NCBI RefSeq assembly: GCF_020181635.2
Contig: NZ_JAYJJS010000018.1
Coordinates: 74,061 to 106,060 of the forward strand
DNA from: [Mycobacterium] zoologicum
GTDB taxonomy: Bacteria; Actinomycetota; Actinomycetes; Mycobacteriales; Mycobacteriaceae
DNA: 32,000 bases
Direction: 5' to 3'
Both the position numbers and the translations under genes were made by a program. The notes below the pieces were generated by a model, which made no database searches, was not told where the DNA came from, and was given only the letters and a program-made list of their open reading frames with translations. Below, one piece after another: positions 25,036 to 31,296 of this stretch; the first letter of the stretch is position 1; every line of letters begins with the position of its first letter.

Positions 25036-26013
25036 TCAGGCGTCGGCCGGGAACCAGTAGTCCAGTGTCTGCTCGACCCCGCCCCAGTCGACGCCCAGCC
25101 AGTCGCCGAAGAAGCCTTCGATGTTGCCGAAGGCGCTGTAGACGAACGCCACGGCCGAGTAGAACAGGCCGTCCCACCAGGCGCTGTCGACCAGGCCGTG
25201 GCTCCAGGCGTTGACCCAGGCGCCGAACTGGTCGAAGTCCCCGGAGATGTCGATGTTGGTGATCATGCCGTCGGTGCTGGACGTGTGGTTGCCGACCTCG
25301 GCGGGGGACAGTCCCAGATACATCATGTGCTCGTAGAACAAGCCGAGCCCATCGGTGGAGGTGGGGTCGGTGACCGGGTCGCCGGGAATCGTGTAGTCGG
25401 TTACCGCGAACGCGTTCGTCGGGGTCTGGACGCCGTTCAGCAGAGCGGTGTCGAAGAAGTCGGGGGACGAGGCCCCGCCGCCGTCCAGCGACGCGGTATC
25501 CGCACCAACGGGATTGCCGATGAACACGAAGTGCAGAAGGTTCGGGTCGACGCCGTCGTGGGCCAGCTGCGCCATTGCGATCGAGCCGGCCGTCGCACCC
25601 TGCGACCAGCCGAACACCCACAGCGGGTGGTCGGCGTCGTAGGCGTCCGGGTTGGCGGCGAGTTGGGCGTGTACCTCGCGCACGATCTCGGCCGCCCCGA
25701 CGAAACTGCTGTGCCCCTGCTGGACCAGCGCCGGGGTGGACAGCAGCAGCAACGACCCGTCGCACCCGGCGGAACCGACCACGCATGCGGTCGGGTCGTC
25801 GCCGACGTCGAAACCCAAGGGGCGCAGGTACAGATCAGCCGCGGTCTCGGCGAACGTCGCCGACGGCGTCGACAGGATGGTCGGTCCGACGAAGATCGCG
25901 GTGTCGGCAAGCAGGTCGATATCGACGTACGCGGCGTGGACGGTGGGTGCGGCCAGGACGCTGCCGGCGACCGCACCGGCGATGGCCATCGGCGCGATCG
26001 CTCTGGTCAGCAT
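25036..26013 (-). CDS. Secreted stand-alone PE-PPE-domain serine hydrolase, copy 1
   Basis: I place the start at MLTRAIAPMAIAGAVAGSVLAAPTVHA, which is signal-peptide-like. The nucleophile elbow is FGWSQGA (GxSxG). The C-terminal part contains the PGDPV motif. It is near-identical in layout to the divergent neighbour. Confidence 0.8.
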   Translation of the reverse strand: MLTRAIAPMAIAGAVAGSVLAAPTVHAAYVDIDLLADTAIFVGPTILSTPSATFAETAADLYLRPLGFDVGDDPTACVVGSAGCDGSLLLLSTPALVQQGHSSFVGAAEIVREVHAQLAANPDAYDADHPLWVFGWSQGATAGSIAMAQLAHDGVDPNLLHFVFIGNPVGADTASLDGGGASSPDFFDTALLNGVQTPTNAFAVTDYTIPGDPVTDPTSTDGLGLFYEHMMYLGLSPAEVGNHTSSTDGMITNIDISGDFDQFGAWVNAWSHGLVDSAWWDGLFYSAVAFVYSAFGNIEGFFGDWLGVDWGGVEQTLDYWFPADA

Positions 26014-26181
26014 CCTGGGCCCCTCCACCCGCAAGCTAAAAATCACACGAATAAATCACAAGAGTGAGCTGAGGGCGATCATGGCAGGGACCTCCGTCGA
26101 AGTCAACGGATCATTGACTCTCGCAGGCAGAGAATGCCACTATTGCGTCTTCGGCCGTCTCTCGTCCTAGGAGCCTCCGCA

Positions 26182-27162
26182 ATGATCGCAACCCGAGCGT
26201 TGGCGCCGGTCGCCGCCGCGTTTACCGTCGCCGCCGGCGTCCTCGGAACGCCCGTCCTGCCGACCACCTGGACGCAGGTGGCGCTGCTGGCGGACACCGC
26301 GATCTTCGTCGGCGGCACCATGCTGTCCACGCCGTCGGCGACATTCGCGCAGACCGCGGCCGATCTGTACCTGAACCCGTTGGGTTTCGACGCCGGCGAC
26401 GACCCGACGGTGTGTGTGATCGGTTCCGGCGTCTGCGATTCCCCACTGCAGGTGTTGACCACCCCGGAACTGATCCTGCAGGGGCACAGCAGTTTTGTCG
26501 GCGCGGCGGAGATCGTGCGGACGGTGCAGGCCGAGCTCGCCGGGAACCCCGGTGTCTACGACGCCGAGCATCCGCTGTGGGTGTTCGGCTACTCGCAGGG
26601 TGCGACGGCCGCCTCGATCGCGATGGCGCAGCTGGCGCACGACGGTGTCGACCCGCGGGCTTTGCACTTCGTGTTCATCGGCGACCCGTCCGATGCGGAC
26701 GGCGTCAGCGCCACCAACCAGAGCGACACTCCATGGGACAGGCTTTTCGACATGCCGATACTGAACGGCAACCTGACCCCGAACGACGCGTTCCCGACGA
26801 CCATCTACACGTTCCCGGGCGACCCCGTCGCCGACGCCGCCTCCAATTCGATGCTCGGCCTGTTCTACGAGCACATGATGTACATGGGGCTCACGCCGGC
26901 GCAGGTTGCCGACCAGACGAAAACTGTCGACGGCATGATCACCAACGTCGATATCTCCGGGGACATCGATCAGTTCAGTGCCTGGATCAACTCGTTCGGA
27001 CACGGGTTGCTCGACAGCGCCTCGGTGGAAGCGCTCTTCAATTCGCTTGTGGCCCTTGTGTACAGCGCCTTCGGCAACATCGAGGGCTTCTTCACCGACT
27101 GGATGGGCATCGACTGGGGCGGGGTCGAGCAGACGCTGGACTACTGGTTCCCGGAGGCCTGA
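26182..27162 (+). CDS. Secreted stand-alone PE-PPE-domain serine hydrolase, copy 2
   Basis: I place the start at MIATRALAPVAAAFTVAAGVLG. The nucleophile elbow is FGYSQGA. The protein is collinear with copy 1 along its whole length. The C-terminus FGNIEGFFTDWMGIDWGGVEQTLDYWFPEA compares with FGNIEGFFGDWLGVDWGGVEQTLDYWFPADA in copy 1. Confidence 0.8.
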   Translation: MIATRALAPVAAAFTVAAGVLGTPVLPTTWTQVALLADTAIFVGGTMLSTPSATFAQTAADLYLNPLGFDAGDDPTVCVIGSGVCDSPLQVLTTPELILQGHSSFVGAAEIVRTVQAELAGNPGVYDAEHPLWVFGYSQGATAASIAMAQLAHDGVDPRALHFVFIGDPSDADGVSATNQSDTPWDRLFDMPILNGNLTPNDAFPTTIYTFPGDPVADAASNSMLGLFYEHMMYMGLTPAQVADQTKTVDGMITNVDISGDIDQFSAWINSFGHGLLDSASVEALFNSLVALVYSAFGNIEGFFTDWMGIDWGGVEQTLDYWFPEA

Positions 27163-27167
27163 CCGAA

Positions 27168-27190
27168 TCGCGCTAGTTGCGCTAGCGCGA
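27168..27190. promoter_or_regulatory. Palindrome upstream of the second vapBC operon (candidate operator)
   Basis: tcgcgctag-ttgcg-ctagcgcga has 9-bp arms and lies 20 nt upstream of the antitoxin ATG. It also contains the self-complementary gcgctagcgc. Confidence 0.45.
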
Positions 27191-27209
27191 ATCCTGGAAT
27201 CTCCCTACC

Positions 27210-27452
27210 ATGGCCTCCATGGAGACGATCAGCAGCACAGACGCCAAAAACCAGCTCAATCGGCTCTTGAACGACGTCAAATCCGGTGCTTCGTTCACCA
27301 TCACCAGCCACGGCAAGCCGGTTGCGCAACTGGTGCCAGTCGCGGCCGTCCCACGCAGATTTGGTCAGCTGCCAAGCGTCGCCGTTCCCGATGACTTCGA
27401 CGCCGCACTGCCGGCAGCAGAACTCGAGGCATGGGACGGGTCCCAGGGGTGA
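27210..27452 (+). CDS. vapB: Phd/YefM-type antitoxin
   Basis: 80 aa. METISSTDAKNQLNRLLNDVKSGASFTITSHGKPVAQLVP is the typical Phd/YefM fold signature. Confidence 0.85.
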   Translation: MASMETISSTDAKNQLNRLLNDVKSGASFTITSHGKPVAQLVPVAAVPRRFGQLPSVAVPDDFDAALPAAELEAWDGSQG

Positions 27453-27838
27453 ATGTCCTACTCGACACCCACGTACTGCTGCGGCTGGTCAGTAACCCCT
27501 CGAATCTGGCTCCCGAAACGCTCGCGATCTTGTCCGACCCCGGGACCGACCTGTGGGTGACGGCCGCGTCGGCCTGGGAGATCGCAACCAAGACCCGGTT
27601 GGGGCGCCTCGACGGTGCAGCGTTGTTGTCGACATGGACCGACGTCATGACCGACATGAGCTGTTCGGAACTGGCGATCGACTCCGCCGACGCGATCCTT
27701 GCCGGCCGACTTCCCTGGGAACACCGCGACCCGTTCGACCGGATCATCGTCGCCCAAGCGTTACGACGCAATCTCACCATCGCAACCCGTGATGCCAAGA
27801 TCATCGACGCGGCGATCACCCCGACCCTGACAGGGTGA
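27449..27838 (+). CDS. vapC: PIN-domain toxin VapC
   Basis: The GTG at 27449 overlaps the antitoxin stop (GTGA). An alternative in-frame ATG lies at 27431. The acidic residues lie in LLDTHVLL, SAWEIATK, DRIIVAQA and IATRDAKI. Confidence 0.85.
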   Translation: MNVLLDTHVLLRLVSNPSNLAPETLAILSDPGTDLWVTAASAWEIATKTRLGRLDGAALLSTWTDVMTDMSCSELAIDSADAILAGRLPWEHRDPFDRIIVAQALRRNLTIATRDAKIIDAAITPTLTG

Positions 27839-27897
27839 ATTGACGGTAAAAAGTTCGCCTGCCACGATCGCCGAAAGACGATCGAGGGGAGGTCGGG

Positions 27898-28212
27898 ATG
27901 TTCGTCGATCCGGCGATGCTGACGGCGGGTGCAGCCCATGCCCACACGGCGTCCGAGCACGCCCAAGCAGGCGCGAAGGAGCTGGATCAGCGCACGGTAA
28001 CGGCGGGAATCTTCGGGGGCTTCGGCGCGGCCGATGTCTTCCACCAGGCGATTTCGACCAGTCACGCCGAGCACGTCACCACGCTCAATGATCACCGCCG
28101 GACGCTGGCTGATGTCGGGGACAAGGCCCACCTCGCCCGGCGGGCGTTCCTCGGCATGGACCATGAAGCCGCGGCCCAACTGCGTGGGGTGCGGTGCAAC
28201 TCCAACATCTGA
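27898..28212 (+). CDS. Small all-helical EspC-like / type VII secretion target-like protein, candidate partner of the downstream toxin
   Basis: 104 aa starting MFVDPAMLTAGAAHAHTASEHAQAGAKEL... A GAGGGGAGG sequence lies upstream. Same size class and layout as the 20420 gene. Its 3' end overlaps the downstream GTG start by 19 nt. Confidence 0.6.
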   Translation: MFVDPAMLTAGAAHAHTASEHAQAGAKELDQRTVTAGIFGGFGAADVFHQAISTSHAEHVTTLNDHRRTLADVGDKAHLARRAFLGMDHEAAAQLRGVRCNSNI

Positions 28213-29690
28213 ATCTGCCGTGGCTCATCGAAGCCGCCGGCGGTGATCCGTGGCAGGTCAACAGCACCCTGCAAAGCGGCAATCCGGGCGTCGTCGACGA
28301 GCTGGCGCAGGCCTTCCACAACGCCGCTTTGTGTACGTCCGAGTCCAGTGCGGCGTTCACCGAGGCGGGGAAACGCTTCCGGGCCGCGTGGAACCGGGAG
28401 AACGGTGAACACCCGATCAACGACTCCCTGGAAGTTCAGCGCGCCACCCAAACCCTGCACCTGCAGCAGAACCAGCTCCTCGCGATTGGCACCGATCTGG
28501 AGAACATCGCCGCCGCGCTGGCTGAGGCTCAGCGCGACGCGGCGGACAAGATCGCCGCACTGGAGACGCAGCTGCAAAACATCGACGACCACATCGGCGT
28601 CTACCTCGACGCCGACGCCGACGTCTCGGACCTGGTGCAGATGGCTGCCGACGACACCGCCGGGATTCTGCATCAGATCGAAAAGATCCGCGACGACTAC
28701 GCCGCGACACTTCAAGCCGCAACGGCCAAGCTGTTGTCCGACGGCTACGACCCGGTGGCCCTGCACGGCTACGACGGCGACGGGCAGCCGACGCTGGACC
28801 AGCAGACCGACCGCGCCGCCGATGCCTACGGCACCACCCAGCGCGACCACGACCAGCAGCTGGTGGACGAGCCCGGCGAGATGACGCCGGAGAAGGCCGA
28901 AGCCGCTGCGCGCCTGCGCGATTACGCCACCGTCAGCGACCCCGCGGCCGATCCGGATGCCCGACGTCTCGCCGGTGAGCGCCTCGATGACTTCCGGATG
29001 GCTAATTTTGTTGGGCAGCTGCCGCCGGACATGGTGTTGGGCGGCGATGCCCGAAGCAACGCGGCCAATCGGTTGGACATGCAGCGCCGCCTGGAATCTG
29101 GAACCGTGCATCCCGATATCGCGCCGATGACTCCGGATCAGGCCACCCGAGCCCTCGACGAGGCTGAAACCGTCGCCCGCGCTTGGACACTCACCAGCTT
29201 CGCCGACCGACTTCGCAACAGCGGAGTGTCCCCGGGAGGCGTCACGCGGGCTGTCACCGCAATCAGGAACGGGATCCCGGCCAGGGAGTTCTTCGACCAG
29301 CTCTCGAACGCCTCCGGCAGCGTAGGCAAGGGACTGGCGAAATACGGAGAAGTATTATCTCCGGCGGATCACCGAATCAACCCGAGCGCGTACACCAAGG
29401 CCGACGCCGCGGCGTTGGCGAAATTCGGCAGGAATCTCGGCGGTGCGGCGACTGTACTGGACGGTGCACTAACCTTGATCGACGTGGTGAACGGCGATAT
29501 CTCGCCGAAGCAGGGTGTGGCGGAATTTGGTGGCCGTTGGGCAGGGGGTGCAGTAGGTGGATGGGGCGCGCTTGTTGCAATGTCCTTCTTGGTCGCACCG
29601 GAGATAGCCGTGCCCGTCGCAGTGGCCGGTGGCGTAATCGGCGGCTCCAAATTGGGTCAAACAGCCGTCGATAAACTGCTGGGATACTAA
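28194..29690 (+). CDS. Candidate polymorphic toxin: helical N-terminal (T7SS-targeting-like) region plus C-terminal double glycine-zipper hydrophobic hairpin
   Basis: 498 aa with a GTG start. The N-terminus reads NLPWLIEAAGGDPWQVNSTLQSGNPGVVDELAQAFHNA and is followed by coiled-coil-like helices. The last 60 aa or so read GGRWAGGAVGGWGALVAMSFLVAPEIAVPVAVAGGVIGGSKLGQ, with repeated GxxxG spacing. The function is inferred, not demonstrated. Confidence 0.55.
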   Translation: MQLQHLNLPWLIEAAGGDPWQVNSTLQSGNPGVVDELAQAFHNAALCTSESSAAFTEAGKRFRAAWNRENGEHPINDSLEVQRATQTLHLQQNQLLAIGTDLENIAAALAEAQRDAADKIAALETQLQNIDDHIGVYLDADADVSDLVQMAADDTAGILHQIEKIRDDYAATLQAATAKLLSDGYDPVALHGYDGDGQPTLDQQTDRAADAYGTTQRDHDQQLVDEPGEMTPEKAEAAARLRDYATVSDPAADPDARRLAGERLDDFRMANFVGQLPPDMVLGGDARSNAANRLDMQRRLESGTVHPDIAPMTPDQATRALDEAETVARAWTLTSFADRLRNSGVSPGGVTRAVTAIRNGIPAREFFDQLSNASGSVGKGLAKYGEVLSPADHRINPSAYTKADAAALAKFGRNLGGAATVLDGALTLIDVVNGDISPKQGVAEFGGRWAGGAVGGWGALVAMSFLVAPEIAVPVAVAGGVIGGSKLGQTAVDKLLGY

Positions 29691-29691
29691 C

Positions 29692-30333
29692 TTGAATTAT
29701 GCACTGATCATCGCAGGCGGTCTCTGCCTTTTCGCCGGTGGGCTGCTTGAGCATCTAAAGGTGCCGTTGACGACAAAGCGTCGCATGTACTGGTATCTGG
29801 CGGCACTGTCGGGGATACTTTGGTTCCTAGCGGGCTACCCCAATCTTGAGAATATGCTCGGTTTCCTCGCCATGGCATTGGTAATCCAGCTGGGATGGGC
29901 ATATGCCCACACGCCATATATTCGCATAAATGGCAAAATTTACGCGTTTGAATCAAAGTATGTAAACATCGAATCGGAAAATGGCCCGGACGAACTTCGG
30001 CGGCGCAATGAATTTACTACACCGACCAAGATGTGGTGGGTAGTTGCATTTTGGCCGATAGTGATTTGCGCCGCGATATGCAGTTCATTTCTGCCGGGCC
30101 GTGAAGGATTTAGTATTCACAACGACGGTGCGTGGATTCTCGGTTTGCTCGGATACTGCCTGTTCTTCGGAATCGTTGTGGGCCGAGGCGAGGCGAAGCT
30201 CGACCGCTCGATCGCGCAAGGACAATGGCCCCAGTTCATCATCGCGTCGATATGCTCAGCGGGTCTGTTCGCCGTGTTCTATCTGACGGCCTACCACGCG
30301 ACCATGCTGGTGAGGGAACGACGGGAAGACTGA
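29692..30333 (+). CDS. Polytopic (about 6 TM) membrane protein, candidate immunity protein
   Basis: 213 aa. The TTG start lies 1 nt after the toxin stop. An alternative in-frame ATG lies at codon 32. Hydrophobic segments are YALIIAGGLCLFAGGLL, YWYLAALSGILWFLAGY, MLGFLAMALVIQLGWAYA, MWWVVAFWPIVICAAICSSFL, AWILGLLGYCLFFGIVVG and FIIASICSAGLFAVFYLTAY. It uses many A/T-ending codons, unlike its neighbours. Confidence 0.6.
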   Translation: MNYALIIAGGLCLFAGGLLEHLKVPLTTKRRMYWYLAALSGILWFLAGYPNLENMLGFLAMALVIQLGWAYAHTPYIRINGKIYAFESKYVNIESENGPDELRRRNEFTTPTKMWWVVAFWPIVICAAICSSFLPGREGFSIHNDGAWILGLLGYCLFFGIVVGRGEAKLDRSIAQGQWPQFIIASICSAGLFAVFYLTAYHATMLVRERRED

Positions 30334-30357
30334 CTGGGCGCTGCCTTCCCAGCCGCC

Positions 30358-31296
30358 TTACTTCGACGAATCCTTCTTGTCCACAATGCGTTTCAGCGGC
30401 GTGATGCCGGGGTGGCTGGCGTCCTTGGTGGCGGACTTCGTCACCGGCACGTTCGGGGCGGCGGTGGTCCGACCCTTGACCGGTTGACCGTTGGGCATGC
30501 CGGGGGTCGTGATCCGCTTCGACTCGGTCGGTCCGTCTTTGCCGCCCTTGCCGCCGCCGCCCGCTCCGCCGGGCATCATCGGCATCATTCCGCCACCGCC
30601 GCCACCCGGTCCGGCCGCCCCACCTGGGGCGCCGGCCATTCCACCTTTGGCCATGGCGCTGGCCGGTGTTGTCGGTGTCGAGGTGCCCGGGACCGGTGGC
30701 GGGCCGAGATTGCTGGCCGGCGTGGTACCCATGCCGAGCCCGCCGCCGCTTCCCCCGGAGCCCGAGATTCCGGTCGATCCAAGATCCGGGTGGACGTTCG
30801 AGGCAAGTGTGGTGCCGCCGAGGCCGCCTTTGGCCAGCGACATCAGCGGCGACAGCGCACCCTGGCCGGCCTGCATCAAGCCCTGCGGCACTTTGCCCAC
30901 CGAGCCGAGCACGCCACTGAGAGCGCCGGTGACGCCTTGCAGCGCGCCGGTGACGCCCTGCATGGCGCCGCCCATCGCGTCCTGAGGTGCCTTTCCGGCC
31001 AGGGCGGCGTCGCCCTTGCCGGCGAGCTTCTCGAACTGCGACGCCGCGTCGGCCTCATGCTCACTGAACTTTCGCACCGCGTCTAACGCATGCCCGGTGC
31101 GGTCGGCGTGGTCCCCGGCGATGTCGGTGTTGGTCCCGGGGAGGTCGGCGTTGGTCGCGGCGCCGAATGCCGCAGCGTTGGCGTCGGTGGACGAGACGCC
31201 GCCAGTGTGGACGGGAGCAGGCGCAAGCGGAGTCGGAGGGGCGCTCATGCCGGTCTGCATGTATTTCTCAAGCTCGGCGATGACGTCGTTGGTCAT
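30358..31296 (-). CDS. Gly/Ala/Pro-rich low-complexity protein, possible ESX-associated substrate
   Basis: 312 aa. The helical N-part reads MTNDVIAELEKYMQTG...ALDAVRKFSEHEADAASQFEKLAG. QGVTGAL repeats follow. Gly runs and MMPMMPGGAGGGG recall the C-termini of PPE/Esp proteins. The start overlaps the upstream gene's stop (ATGA). Confidence 0.6.
   Translation of the reverse strand: MTNDVIAELEKYMQTGMSAPPTPLAPAPVHTGGVSSTDANAAAFGAATNADLPGTNTDIAGDHADRTGHALDAVRKFSEHEADAASQFEKLAGKGDAALAGKAPQDAMGGAMQGVTGALQGVTGALSGVLGSVGKVPQGLMQAGQGALSPLMSLAKGGLGGTTLASNVHPDLGSTGISGSGGSGGGLGMGTTPASNLGPPPVPGTSTPTTPASAMAKGGMAGAPGGAAGPGGGGGGMMPMMPGGAGGGGKGGKDGPTESKRITTPGMPNGQPVKGRTTAAPNVPVTKSATKDASHPGITPLKRIVDKKDSSK

Larger units (their letters stand above)
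25036..27162. repeat. Large inverted gene duplication (two arms of about 1 kb around a 168-bp AT-richer spacer)
   Basis: Reverse-complementing the 3' end of copy 1 gives DNA with only scattered mismatches to the 3' end of copy 2, compared by eye over about 120 nt. The proteins align end to end. Confidence 0.75.

Noticed and set aside
24977-26067. 269-aa minus-strand and 360-aa plus-strand ORFs overlapping the PE-PPE hydrolase copy 1, plus similar ORFs over copy 2
   Set aside because: They are alternate or antisense frames. The chosen frames have the signal peptide and GxSxG motif, and they align with each other across the duplication.
28194-29690. YxxxD (YLDAD, residues 137-141) and WxG (RWAGG) motif hits in the candidate toxin as T7SS export signals
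   Set aside because: Short motifs are expected by chance. The WxG hit lies inside the hydrophobic glycine zipper, and the YxxxD is not at the C-terminus of a helix-turn-helix as far as I can judge. They are not used as evidence.
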